Notes: generated from the sequence alone by a model not told the origin. Counted from the stretch's first letter, positions 51,632 through 61,708 are shown. The stretch is 64,000 bases of DNA from Alphaproteobacteria bacterium (GCA_964291395.2 OZ219858.1:64001-128000), one strand, 5' to 3'. Translations and numbers: made by a program.

Positions 51632-52651
51632 ATGAAATTCTTAGCGAGGAGAAACTTGCTCGCGGCCGGTGCGGCAAGCGTCATGCTGGCAGCCGTCTCG
51701 GCAGCACCCGCCAAGGCGGAGGTCGACGTGGTCAATCTCAGCCAGCAGTTCGGACTGCTCTACGTGCCACTGCATGTCGTGCTCGAGCACAAACTCATCG
51801 AAAAGAACGCCAAGGCACTCGGCCTGACGCCGCCCGAAATCAAGCTGTTCAAGATCAGCGGTGCGGCCAACAACACCAAAGCGCTCCTTTCCAAAACGGT
51901 CGATTTCGCCTCGATCGGCATCGGCGGGGTGATCAAGCTCTGGGCCAAATCGGACGGTGCGTTCAAAGTGGCGCGCGGCATCGCCGATATGCCTTTGAAG
52001 CTCATCACCAACGACCCCAAGATCCAGAAGATCGAAGATTATCTGACGATCGAGGATCACAAGATCGCGACGCCGGCCGCCAAGGTGTCGGTCCAGGCCG
52101 TGGTTTTGCAGATCTACACCGAGAAGCTGTGGGGCGATCCCGTCAAGCTCGACCATCTCGTCGTGTCGATGAAGCATCCCACCGCGTATGCCGCGATCGT
52201 CTCGGGCGGGCAGTCGGTGAAGAGCCACTTCGCCACGCTGCCTTATTCCTACCAGGAACTGCAGAGCGGCAAGGCGCGCACGATCGTCACGTCCTACGAC
52301 ATCATGGGTGGCCAGCACTCGGTGCTGCTGATGATGGCGGGCCAGGAGTTCAAGGACAAGAATCCGAAGACCTACAGGGCGGTCACCGCGGCGTTTGACG
52401 AAGCATTGGCCTGGGTGAACGCCAATCCGCTGGAGGCGGCCGAGCTCTACATCAAGTACACCAAGACCAAGCTCGACCCGGAATTGGTGAAGGCGATGCT
52501 GACGGACAAGAATGAGGTCGCGTTTGACGCCACACCCAAGCACACGATGGTTTTCGCAAACTTCCTGCACAAGATCGGTGATCTTCCCAAAAAGCCGAAC
52601 AGCTGGAAGGACTTCTACTTCGAGGACAACCACCACCTGAACGGCAGCTGA
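51632..52651 (+). CDS. ABC transporter substrate-binding protein (NitT/TauT/NMT1-like)
   Basis: Tat-like signal (ARRNLL...AKA), QQFGLLYVP, MKHP and the C-terminus HKIG...SWKDFYF. Confidence 0.85.
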   Translation: MKFLARRNLLAAGAASVMLAAVSAAPAKAEVDVVNLSQQFGLLYVPLHVVLEHKLIEKNAKALGLTPPEIKLFKISGAANNTKALLSKTVDFASIGIGGVIKLWAKSDGAFKVARGIADMPLKLITNDPKIQKIEDYLTIEDHKIATPAAKVSVQAVVLQIYTEKLWGDPVKLDHLVVSMKHPTAYAAIVSGGQSVKSHFATLPYSYQELQSGKARTIVTSYDIMGGQHSVLLMMAGQEFKDKNPKTYRAVTAAFDEALAWVNANPLEAAELYIKYTKTKLDPELVKAMLTDKNEVAFDATPKHTMVFANFLHKIGDLPKKPNSWKDFYFEDNHHLNGS

Positions 52652-52680
52652 CGGTGTCGGCTGACAACGATTTGACGTCG

Positions 52681-52716
52681 GGAACGGCGGGACATTTCCC
52701 GCCGTTCCTTTCCTTT
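52681..52716 (+). terminator. Intrinsic terminator after the SBP gene
   Basis: 12-bp stem GGAACGGCGGGA-catt-TCCCGCCGTTCC followed by TTTCCTTT. Confidence 0.75.
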
Positions 52717-52843
52717 CGGCTTTTACGTCGGTGGAAGCGAAAGCGTAACCGCCCACGAACGCCAACAGAGCGCCATATAGAGGAGTTCGTTGACGTTCCA
52801 CGGAAGAACGGTTCGGTCGAAGAAGTGGAATGAGGAGCCGCCG

Positions 52844-54043
52844 ATGAACGAGATGACAGGCTACGGCCGGATCGCGCGCCGTCCCCAAGAGAACGCCGAA
52901 TTGACGCACGTTGAATTCGGCACCCCCATGGGCGAGCTGTTGCGACGCTACTGGCAGCCGTTCTGCCTGTCCGAGGAACTGCAAGACCTGCCCAAGAACA
53001 TCCGTATCCTCGGCGAGGACCTCGTGGGCTTCCGCGACGGCAACGGCCGCACGGGCCTGATCGACAGGCATTGCGCCCATCGCGGCACGTCGATGGAGTA
53101 TGCCAAGATCGAACCCGAAGGAATTCGCTGCTGCTATCACGGCTGGCTCTTCGACGTCGAAGGCCGCTGTCTCGAACAACCCGCCGAACCGCCGGAAAGC
53201 AAGAGCAAGGAAAACGTGCGGCAGGCCTGGTACCCGACACACGAATACGGTGGCCTGGTCTTCGCCTACATGGGGCCGCCCGAACTGCAGCCCCAGTTTC
53301 CCGAGTACGACAACCTCGTCGGCGACGATGTGGTGCTGACCGCGTACCGGAACATAAGCCGCGGCACCGTCGCCGAATGCAACTGGCTGCAGATCCAGGA
53401 GAACGCCATGGATCCGATCCATACCGCGTTCCTCCACCAGACCATCAGCGGGACGCAGTTCACCGACCTGTTCGGAGACCACGGCTCGCGGAAACTGGAC
53501 TTCGAGGAGACGCCGACGGGCATGATCTACATCCGGAAGTCGACGCTTTCCAACGGCGCCGAATACATCCGCATCGCGGAAAACTTCGTGCCCAACGCGC
53601 GTTCGATTCCGGACCCCTACTATTCCGAAGAAAGCCCCGACAGCGAACAATCCCGTCTCATCGGCTGGTGGGTGCCCGTGGATAACACCCACACCATGGG
53701 ATTCCACATCGAGCGTCTATGCATGATCGACGGCAAGCCCGTACCGTCCGTGCTGGCCCAGGCTCAGGAGGGGCGCGCCAGCGGCACCCAGGCCGCGCGC
53801 CGAGGCTATGAAGAGACCCAGCGCCAACCGGACGATCGTGAGGCACAGGTCAGCCAGGGGCCCATCGCCATACATGCCATGGAAAACCTGGTGTCGTCGG
53901 ACAAGGGCGTCGCCATGTTCCGGCGGCGGCTGAAGGAGGGCCTCGAGTCCCTTCAAAAGGGCGAGGACCCCATGGGTATCAGCCGGGACCCGTCGAACCG
54001 CACGATCCATGTGACCGCCAGCAACTCGATGGAGAGGAATTAG
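52844..54043 (+). CDS. Rieske non-heme iron oxygenase (phthalate 4,5-dioxygenase-like alpha subunit)
   Basis: Motifs GTPMGELLRRYW, Rieske CAH...CCYHGW and mononuclear Fe site ENAMDPIHTAFLH. Confidence 0.92.
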   Translation: MNEMTGYGRIARRPQENAELTHVEFGTPMGELLRRYWQPFCLSEELQDLPKNIRILGEDLVGFRDGNGRTGLIDRHCAHRGTSMEYAKIEPEGIRCCYHGWLFDVEGRCLEQPAEPPESKSKENVRQAWYPTHEYGGLVFAYMGPPELQPQFPEYDNLVGDDVVLTAYRNISRGTVAECNWLQIQENAMDPIHTAFLHQTISGTQFTDLFGDHGSRKLDFEETPTGMIYIRKSTLSNGAEYIRIAENFVPNARSIPDPYYSEESPDSEQSRLIGWWVPVDNTHTMGFHIERLCMIDGKPVPSVLAQAQEGRASGTQAARRGYEETQRQPDDREAQVSQGPIAIHAMENLVSSDKGVAMFRRRLKEGLESLQKGEDPMGISRDPSNRTIHVTASNSMERN

Positions 54044-54079
54044 CGGTCGCCGGCATTCCGCGGAAGCCCGCGAATTTCC

Positions 54080-54108
54080 CTTCACATGGAGCCTCGAAAC
54101 GCCTATAT
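54080..54108 (+). promoter_or_regulatory. Putative ssrA promoter
   Basis: CTTCAC-N17-CTATAT matches the alphaproteobacterial CTTGAC-N17-CTATAT pattern. Confidence 0.6.
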
Positions 54109-54113
54109 ACCCT

Positions 54114-54433
54114 CCGTCGGGCAACCGACTATGGCGATAAACGCCGTTCGGAATAGGCGTTGCGGACCCGGGGGCAGTACCCGGCGCCTCCACCACGAAC
54201 ACATCCGGCCCAGCGTTTACTGCGGCGAGGGCATCGAAATGGCGGGTGTGGTCTTGATGGGGGCGAACCAGGATCGACGTGCGTGACAAAGGTGCGGTTT
54301 TCGCCCGGCATGATACCGCCGTTATCGGGTCACACTCACAAATGCCAACGATAACGAGGCATTTGCCGCTGCTGCGTAGACACCGTTAGCAACGGCGGGG
54401 TTTCGGGGGGCACCTGGCAACAGAAGCCCCCCA
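54114..54433 (+). ncRNA. ssrA: Two-piece (circularly permuted) tmRNA
   Basis: The acceptor piece ends ...CCCGGGGGCAGTACCCGGCGCCTCCACCA at 54195. The coding piece starts GGGGGCG at 54259, giving a G3-U pair. The tag at 54344-54379 reads ANDNEAFAAAA*. sspB follows. Outer ends are approximate. Confidence 0.93.
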
Positions 54434-54622
54434 CTTCACGATCTATCGCACCGAATCCCCGGCGGCCGAACCCGTCGGAGAACTGTCCAACGTCGCGAAC
54501 GCCATCCCGGTCAATTTGTGTTTCAACTCGCGACAGGGCCTCGCTAGTATGGCGTTCGACGAAAGTTCAGTTGTGGTAGTGGCCTGAACGGCGGGCCTCC
54601 GACGCGCCACAGGGTAGTTTCG

Positions 54623-55126
54623 ATGTCAGAAGACCTGATGGGCTACAACCGGATCGTCGAGAATGCTCTCAAGGGCGTCGTTCGCGAAGCGCTGACGCGG
54701 GCTGCGGCCGTCGGACTGCCCGGTGATCACCACTTCTACATCACCTACCGGACGGACGCGCCCGGCGTGGTCGTCCCCCAGTCGCTTCAGGAGCGATATC
54801 CGGAAGAGATCACGATCGTCATTCAGCATCAATTTTGGGACCTCGCCGTCGATCATGAGTCCTTCTCCGTGACACTCTCTTTCGGCGGAAAGAAGGAGCA
54901 TCTCGAGGTGCCCTTCGGTGCGATCACGGGATTCGCCGATCCCAGCGTTCAGTTCGGGCTGCAATTCAAGGCCGATCAAGCGTCCATCAACGAGAATTTG
55001 CATGATCGCGACGAAGAACTGTCGGCCGCCGTTGCCGACGGGAGCTTGGAAGACACCCCAGTCCCCGTGGAAACGAACGCGGCCTCCGCGGACGTCGTCG
55101 TATTGGACCGGTTCCGCAAGAAGTAG
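54623..55126 (+). CDS. sspB: ClpXP adaptor SspB (alphaproteobacterial type)
   Basis: Motifs GLPGDHHFYI, YPEEITIVIQHQF and FADPSV, with C-terminus VVVLDRFRKK. Confidence 0.93.
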   Translation: MSEDLMGYNRIVENALKGVVREALTRAAAVGLPGDHHFYITYRTDAPGVVVPQSLQERYPEEITIVIQHQFWDLAVDHESFSVTLSFGGKKEHLEVPFGAITGFADPSVQFGLQFKADQASINENLHDRDEELSAAVADGSLEDTPVPVETNAASADVVVLDRFRKK

Positions 55127-55251
55127 GCCGGTCCGCCCGTCCCCGGGGGAAACCGGCGGACTCCCTGTACCCGTCGGGTAGCAATTTATCTGCGCGGACG
55201 ATCGCCCTCCGGTTTGTCCGAAGTGCGTAGCGCGGAGGGCGGAGCGCGAAC

Positions 55252-56665
55252 ATGAATAACGAAGCACCGAGCAAGGGCATGCGCACCGAACGGGATACGC
55301 TGGGCGCCGTCGTCGTGCCCGCGGACCGCTATTGGGGCGCCCAGACGCAGCGCTCCCTCCTGAACTTTCGCATCGGCGACCGCAAGATGCCCTATGCCGT
55401 CATCCAGGGCCTCGCGGTCGTCAAAAAGGCCTGTGCCCGGGTCAACGCGGAGAACGGAGATTTGGACGGGAGACGTCGCGGAGGCCATTGGGCAGGCGGC
55501 AGACGAAATCATCGGCGAAACCCTGGCGGACCATTTCCCGCTGGTCGTGTTCCAAACGGGGTCCGGTACCCAGTCCAATATGAACGTCAACGAGGTGATT
55601 GCCAATCGTGCCAACGAGGTCCTGGGTCATGCGCTCGGCTCGAACAGGCCCGTCCACCCCAACGATCACGTCAATCGGGGACAATCGTCCAACGACTCCT
55701 TCCCCACGGCCATGCACATCGCCGCCGTCACCGCGCTACGAGGCCAGCTTCTGCCGGCTTTGCGTCACCTTCACGAAGCGTTGGGCACGAAGGCCAATGC
55801 ATGGCAGGACATCGTGAAGGTCGGTCGTACACACCTCCAGGACGCAACGCCCCTGACGCTGGGCCAGGAATTTTCCGGCTACGCGACGCAGGTCGCGCTC
55901 GGCATGGAACGCATCGAAACGGTCATGCCCCGGCTCCATGCGATCGCCCAGGGCGGGACGGCCGTGGGAACCGGCCTTAACGCACCTTCGGCTTTTGCGG
56001 ATGCCGTTGCCCGGGAAATAGCCCGGATAACCGGTTATCCCTTCGTCTCCGCGGCAAACAAATTCGAGGCTTTGGCGGCGCACGACGCCATCGTCGAAGC
56101 GTCGGGAGCGCTGAATACCATCGCCGTGAGCCTCATGAAAATCGCCAATGACGTGCGCCTGCTGGGATCGGGACCTCGGTCGGGCCTCGGAGAATTGCGG
56201 TTGCCCGAAAACGAGCCCGGATCCTCGATCATGCCGGGGAAGGCAAATCCGACTCAGTGCGAAGCATTGACCCAGGTTGCCGCCCAGGTGATGGGCAATC
56301 ACGTGACGATTACGGTGGCCGGATCAAGCGGACACCTCGAGCTCAATGCGTTCAAACCGGTCATGATCGACAATCTGCTCGAGTCCATCCGGCTGCTTAC
56401 GGAAGGCTGCCAAAGCTTTACCGACAACTGCATCACCGGCATCGAGCCGAATCGGGCACGAATCGCCGAGCATCTCGACCAATCGCTAATGCTGATCACG
56501 GCGATTGCACCCCACATCGGGTACGAAAACGCCGCGCGCATCGCAAAGAAGGCACATGCGGAGGGTACGAACCTCCGCCAGGCTGCGCTTCAACTCGGTC
56601 TGATCGAAGCGGAGGAATTCGACCGCTGGGTGAAGCCTGAAGACATGACGGCGCCCAGGCCATGA
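55252..56665 (+). pseudogene. fumC: Class II fumarate hydratase with a single frameshift (real pseudogene or sequencing error)
   Basis: N-terminus RTERDTLG...YWGAQTQRS is in one frame. The rest ([32 protein letters not shown]) is in another. The junction is gacgggagac near 55465-55474. Confidence 0.85.
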
Positions 56666-56690
56666 ACGCGAGACGTTGGGCGCCCTCGCC

Positions 56691-56936
56691 ATGAAACGGT
56701 CGATCACCATTGCCGGTCATCGGACGAGCATCTCCCTCGAAGAGGAGTTCTGGAAGGCGCTGCGTGCGATCGCCAGGGAGGACGGGCAGTCGATCAATGC
56801 CCTGGTGAGCACGATCGACAAGCAGCGGACCACGAACCTGTCGAGCGCGATCCGTGTCTTCGTTCTGAACCGGTACCAGACGCCCGCAGACCACGGGGGA
56901 TCCGGTTGTCGGACACATGACAAGAACGGGGTCTGA
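56691..56936 (+). CDS. Ribbon-helix-helix (RHH_4-type) protein
   Basis: Sequence KRSITIAGHRTSISLEEEFW...NLSSAIRVFVL. Confidence 0.9.
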   Translation: MKRSITIAGHRTSISLEEEFWKALRAIAREDGQSINALVSTIDKQRTTNLSSAIRVFVLNRYQTPADHGGSGCRTHDKNGV

Positions 56937-57000
56937 CACCGATCCCCGCCGGCCTCGGCCAGCCGGAAGCAGACGATCCAGCCGCCGGGTACCCTGAACG

Positions 57001-58386
57001 CTAGATCTGAACGACCTTGCCCGGGTTCATGATATTGGCGGGGTCCAGCGCCTTCTTGATACCTCGCATGAGGCTGACGGCCTCACCATGCTCCGCGGTC
57101 AAGAAATTCAGCTTGCCATAGCCTACGCCGTGCTCGCCGGTGCAGGTTCCATCAAGTGCGAGAGCCCGTAAGACCAGGCGCTCGTTGAGACGCTCGACTT
57201 CTGCCAACTCGCGTTCGTCATTCGGATCGAAGAGGAAAACGAGATGGAAGTTGCCGTCTCCGACGTGCCCGACGAGGGGTGCCATCAAAAATGACTCCGC
57301 CAAGTCCTTTTTGGTTTCCAAGATGCATTCGGCAAGCTTCGAGATGGGCACACACACATCCGTCGCCCACATCTTGGCGCCGGGCCGGAGGGATAACGCC
57401 GCATATGCCGCGTCGTGCCGAGCTTGCCAGAGGTGGTTCCGGTCTTCCGTCCGCGTCGCCCATTGGAAGTCGCCGGCACCGTTCTCCGTCGCCAGTATCT
57501 GGACGGTTTCAGCCTGCTCGGCCACGCTCGCCTCCGAGCCGTGGAATTCGAGAAACAATGTCGGGGCGACGGGATACTGAAGGTCCGAGTAACTGTTGCA
57601 CGCTTCCATCTGCAGTTCGTCCAGCAGTTCGATACGTGCGACGGGAACACCCATCTGGATGGTCTCAATGACCGTATTGACGGCTCCTTCGATCCCGGGA
57701 AACGAACAGACGGCGGCAGACATCGCTTCCGGGATGCCGTAAAGGCGCAACGTGATCTCCGTGATGACTCCGAGGGTACCTTCCGAGCCCACGAACACGC
57801 GCGTGAGGTCGTAGCCGGCCGCCGACTTACGGGCCCGCCGCGCCGTATTGACGATGCGGCCGTCGGCCGTCACCACGGTAAGCGCAAGAACGTTCTCACG
57901 CATCGTTCCGTAGCGCACGGCGTTGGTACCTGACGCGCGGGTCGCGGTCATCCCCCCGATCGTTGCATCGGCGCCCGGATCGATCGGAAAGAACAACCCG
58001 GTATCCCGCAGATGCTCATTCAGTTGCTTGCGCCGCACACCGGCCTGCACGGTCACGTCCATATCTTCGGCGCTCGCACGCACGATTTCATTCATTTCGC
58101 TGAGATCGATACACACGCCGCCGTGAAGGGCTGCCACGTGGCCTTCCAGGGACGTGCCGATCCCGAAGGGAATAACCGGTGTTCCGTGCTCGGCGCAGAC
58201 CCGCACGATCTCAGCGACTTCCTCGGTGCTTTTCGGGAACACGACCGCGTCCGGCGCGTGCGCGGCATGATAGGACTCATCCCGCCCGTGTTGCTCGCAA
58301 GTGGCTGAGGACGTGGAGAGACGTCCTCCCAGCCGCTGCTTGAGCACCGCAACCGCCGTATTGACCTGCGCCCGTACCGCATCCAT
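57001..58386 (-). CDS. FAD-linked oxidase (D-lactate dehydrogenase/GlcD-like)
   Basis: Motifs GTSLEGH, PIDPGADA, GSEGTLG, GHVGDGNFH and GEHGVG. Confidence 0.92.
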   Translation of the reverse strand: MDAVRAQVNTAVAVLKQRLGGRLSTSSATCEQHGRDESYHAAHAPDAVVFPKSTEEVAEIVRVCAEHGTPVIPFGIGTSLEGHVAALHGGVCIDLSEMNEIVRASAEDMDVTVQAGVRRKQLNEHLRDTGLFFPIDPGADATIGGMTATRASGTNAVRYGTMRENVLALTVVTADGRIVNTARRARKSAAGYDLTRVFVGSEGTLGVITEITLRLYGIPEAMSAAVCSFPGIEGAVNTVIETIQMGVPVARIELLDELQMEACNSYSDLQYPVAPTLFLEFHGSEASVAEQAETVQILATENGAGDFQWATRTEDRNHLWQARHDAAYAALSLRPGAKMWATDVCVPISKLAECILETKKDLAESFLMAPLVGHVGDGNFHLVFLFDPNDERELAEVERLNERLVLRALALDGTCTGEHGVGYGKLNFLTAEHGEAVSLMRGIKKALDPANIMNPGKVVQI

Positions 58387-58570
58387 GGTTCACTCCTTCG
58401 ACGAACTGAACCGGCCGCCGTCGACTTTTGTTCTTGCCCGCAATCGAAGGCGGGTACTCGCTCGTTTACCACAGAACACGACCGGGCCACCAATCGCACG
58501 CTTTAACAATTCGACACCCCGACGAACCTTCAAGCCACACAATCATGGCGCATTTGCAAGGTGGCCCCTA

Positions 58571-58584
58571 TTGACTGCGGTCAA
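58571..58584. promoter_or_regulatory. FNR/FixK-like palindrome
   Basis: TTGAC-TGCG-GTCAA (TTGA-N6-TCAA) in the divergent intergenic region. Confidence 0.45.
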
Positions 58585-58609
58585 AGACACCCACGAGAGT
58601 GACCGGGAT

Positions 58610-59089
58610 ATGACCTCTGCAAGCGCTTTGGCCATCCACGAGGAGACCGTTCGTCCCGAATGGATCGACCACAACGGTCACATGAACGTCGCCTACTACG
58701 TGCTGGCCTTCGACCATGCGACGGACCGCCTCTTCGACTTGCTGGGCCTCGGCGCAGTCTACGTGGAACGCGAGCACAAGTCGGTATTCCAGGTCCAATG
58801 CCACGTCAACTACCTCCAAGAGGTGAAGGAGGGCGATCCACTGAGGTTCACGATTCAACTACTGGACTACGATGTGAAGCGAATCCATTTTTTTGCCAGC
58901 ATGTATCATCTCGGCGACGGATTTCTCTCGGCGACGGCGGAATGGCTTGGCATCCACGTGGACCTGACGGCGCGGCGTTCCGCTGAATTGCCCGAGAGGG
59001 CCCTGGAACGACTCGCACGGTTGAAAGCGGACCACGAGGCGCTGCCGCAGCCTCCCCAGGTCGGTCGCACGATCGGCATCCGCAAATGA
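58610..59089 (+). CDS. Hotdog-fold thioesterase family protein
   Basis: Motif VRPEWIDHNGHMNVAYY. Confidence 0.88.
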   Translation: MTSASALAIHEETVRPEWIDHNGHMNVAYYVLAFDHATDRLFDLLGLGAVYVEREHKSVFQVQCHVNYLQEVKEGDPLRFTIQLLDYDVKRIHFFASMYHLGDGFLSATAEWLGIHVDLTARRSAELPERALERLARLKADHEALPQPPQVGRTIGIRK

Positions 59090-59143
59090 TTCCCATCGGC
59101 CGGATTTTGACCATGGGTTTTTTGGCCTTAGCCTTGTTCCGGA

Positions 59144-59677
59144 ATGACTGATACGCCGTCGTCAGCGCCGCCGCGGGAGTCCCGTCGTCTCGTACTGGGG
59201 ATCGCCTGCTCGTTCGCCATGCTCGCCGGGTGGCCGGCGCTCGCCGCCTGTACAGATCCGCCCAGAAAGAACGTGAACTGGGAACGTTGCTACTTGGAGG
59301 AGCGGAATCTGGCAGGATCCGATCTACGCGGGGCACGATTGCGCGACGCGCGATTCAACCGGTCGAATTTGGAGAGCAGCAATCTCTCCAATGTCGATGC
59401 CCATCGCGCCAAATTCATCTCTGCAACGCTCTCGAAGAGCGTTTTCGACGGTGCCCGCCTGACCGAATCGGACTTCACAAAGGCCGTTCTCCGAGACACA
59501 TCCTTCGCCCGCGCCGATCTGCGACGCGCGCGACTGTTCCGCTCGGACCTCAGAGGGGCAAACTTCACGGGTGCCCGCATGACGGGCGCCGACTTCCTCA
59601 ACGCAGACCTGTCCGGCGCGACCTGGATCGACGGGGAAACGGTTTGCTCCGACGGCTCCATCGGCCAGTGCAAGTGA
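59144..59677 (+). CDS. Exported pentapeptide-repeat protein
   Basis: Signal peptide, A(D/N)LXX repeats and terminal Cys residues. Confidence 0.88.
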   Translation: MTDTPSSAPPRESRRLVLGIACSFAMLAGWPALAACTDPPRKNVNWERCYLEERNLAGSDLRGARLRDARFNRSNLESSNLSNVDAHRAKFISATLSKSVFDGARLTESDFTKAVLRDTSFARADLRRARLFRSDLRGANFTGARMTGADFLNADLSGATWIDGETVCSDGSIGQCK

Positions 59678-59932
59678 CGTTGTCCCTACCTTCTTAGGTC
59701 AAGGGGACAAACGCGAAAAAATTTCTACGGTTCCATTCCAACTGGAATCGTTCCGGCCAGGCCCCGGACCGGTCGTGGCGCCTACTGTCGGCTGCCTCGG
59801 CATATGCCTCATGATTCTCTACTTGAATACAATGACTTGGCCGACACTGTGCAATCGGGATATACAGTCAATTCAATAATGACTTGAAAGTCGGCGCATT
59901 ACGGTCGCGCTGGCGAAAGCGAAAGTGGGTCG

Positions 59933-61708
59933 ATGACGTCTCAACTGCCACGTCTCGACGCCGTGGCGGCTCGGTGGCGAAGCTTCGCCGCCAACGATCA
60001 GGTCGTGCTCTCGGCACTCGCACTGGTCATCGGCGTGGCGGTTGGGTACGGCACGATTGGGTTTCGCCTGCTGCTGGGCTTGGTACAGGAAGTCTTCTAC
60101 GGCTTCTCGGCTCAGCAGGTCGCCACCCTGGCCGACAACCTGGCGTGGTGGCACGTCCTTCTCGCCCCCGCTGCGGGCGGCCTGGTTGTCGGCTTGCTCC
60201 TTCAATTCATGGTCCCCGGCCGCAAGGCGGAAGGCGTCGCGCAAGTCATGGAAGCAGGATCGCTGCGCGGCGGTCGCCTGACCCTGAGAAAGGGTCTGGC
60301 CGTGGCCGCCGTATCCGCCGCCAGCCTCGGCGCGGGCGCGAGCGCCGGGCGGGAAGGTCCCGTCGTCCATATCGGCGCCACCGCTGCATCGTTCGTCGCA
60401 CAACGGTTCAAGTTCGGCCCTTCCCTGGCCTTGACCCTGTTGGGGTGTGGCGTCGCCAGTGCCGTCGCGTCATCGTTCAACGCCCCGATCGCCGGTGTGT
60501 TTTTTGCCTTGGAGGTGGTGATCGGTCACTACGCCCTTCACGCTTTTTCCCCGATCGTGATCGCGTCGGTCGCGGGCACCATCGTCTCCCGCATCCATCT
60601 GGGCGACTTTCCAGCCTTTGTTCTTCCCGATTACTCGATCGTCTCGTTCTTCGAACTTCCCGCGTTCCTGATGCTCGGTATCGTCTGCGCCGTGGTCGCT
60701 ATGACCTTCATGTGGAGTATCATGTTCGCCACGGACACCGTCGAGCGTACCCGGGCGCCTATATGGCTCCGCCCTGCCATCGGCGGTCTCGGAGTTGGCG
60801 CCATCGCGGTCTTCTTTCCCCAGGTGCTGGGCGTCGGCTACGAAGCCACCGATGACGCGCTCAAGGGTCTCATCCCCCTGGGATTCCTGATACTCCTCGT
60901 CATCGCCAAGGTGACGGCGACCGCGATCACGCTGGGGAGCGGCTTCGGCGGCGGGGTCTTCAGTCCCTCGCTATACATCGGCGCGATGACAGGTGGTGCC
61001 TTCGGATTCGTCGCGGCCACCGCCTTCCCCGATCTGGCTTCGAGTCCCGGCCTCTACGCAATCGTCGGCATGGGCGCCGTCGCGGCGCCCGTTCTCGGCG
61101 CTCCGATTTCCACCGTCCTCATGATGTTCGAGTTGATCGGCGATCTTTCGGTTACCGTCGCCGCGATGATCGCCATCGCCGTGGCGAGCATCGTGACCCA
61201 CCAGGTCCTGAGGCGTTCGTTCTTTGACTGGCAACTCATGCGCCAGGGTATCAGCCTCAGGGGTGGCCGGGCGCGGCAGCTGCTCCTGGCCGTTCGGGCA
61301 CGCCACATCATGGGCGATGACTTCCGGACCGTCACGGAAGGCACGAGTATCTCCGAGATCCGGCATCTGCTGCGAACCGCGCCGCACGATCATTTTTTCG
61401 TGACGGATGGCGAGGGCCGATACGTGGGCAAGGTCTCGTTCGCGGACATCCGCGATGTCGCCTTCGAGACCGGTGTCGATACCCTGATCAATGCGCGCGA
61501 CGCCGCACGCAAAGTGACGGTGATCGAAGGCGACGACAATCTCGAGCGTGCACTCTCTCTGATGGATGCGGCCGGAGAAAACCATCTGCCCGTCGTGGAT
61601 AACGCACGGGATCTCGTCGTCATCGGCATCCTGCACCACAACCGGGTGCTTCGCGAGTACAACAAGGCACTGCTGTCGGCGCGTGCAGAAGAGCACGGCG
61701 AGCGCTGA
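59933..61708 (+). CDS. ClC chloride channel/H+ antiporter family protein with CBS domains
   Basis: Motifs GREGP, FNAPIAG, FALE and GGVFSP, plus a C-terminal CBS pair. Confidence 0.93.
   Translation: MTSQLPRLDAVAARWRSFAANDQVVLSALALVIGVAVGYGTIGFRLLLGLVQEVFYGFSAQQVATLADNLAWWHVLLAPAAGGLVVGLLLQFMVPGRKAEGVAQVMEAGSLRGGRLTLRKGLAVAAVSAASLGAGASAGREGPVVHIGATAASFVAQRFKFGPSLALTLLGCGVASAVASSFNAPIAGVFFALEVVIGHYALHAFSPIVIASVAGTIVSRIHLGDFPAFVLPDYSIVSFFELPAFLMLGIVCAVVAMTFMWSIMFATDTVERTRAPIWLRPAIGGLGVGAIAVFFPQVLGVGYEATDDALKGLIPLGFLILLVIAKVTATAITLGSGFGGGVFSPSLYIGAMTGGAFGFVAATAFPDLASSPGLYAIVGMGAVAAPVLGAPISTVLMMFELIGDLSVTVAAMIAIAVASIVTHQVLRRSFFDWQLMRQGISLRGGRARQLLLAVRARHIMGDDFRTVTEGTSISEIRHLLRTAPHDHFFVTDGEGRYVGKVSFADIRDVAFETGVDTLINARDAARKVTVIEGDDNLERALSLMDAAGENHLPVVDNARDLVVIGILHHNRVLREYNKALLSARAEEHGER

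Noticed and set aside
51641-53707. 688-aa ORF on the - strand
   Set aside because: Antisense shadow of the SBP and Rieske genes, crossing a terminator, with no recognisable domain.
59300-59625. 15-nt periodicity
   Set aside because: Explained by the pentapeptide-repeat protein.
59700-59932. Possible fluoride riboswitch before the ClC gene (GGCGCCTAC near 59777)
   Set aside because: The 5' GGnGAUGG..UUC.CC element is absent, and the ClC has canonical GREGP rather than the GREGT of fluoride exporters.
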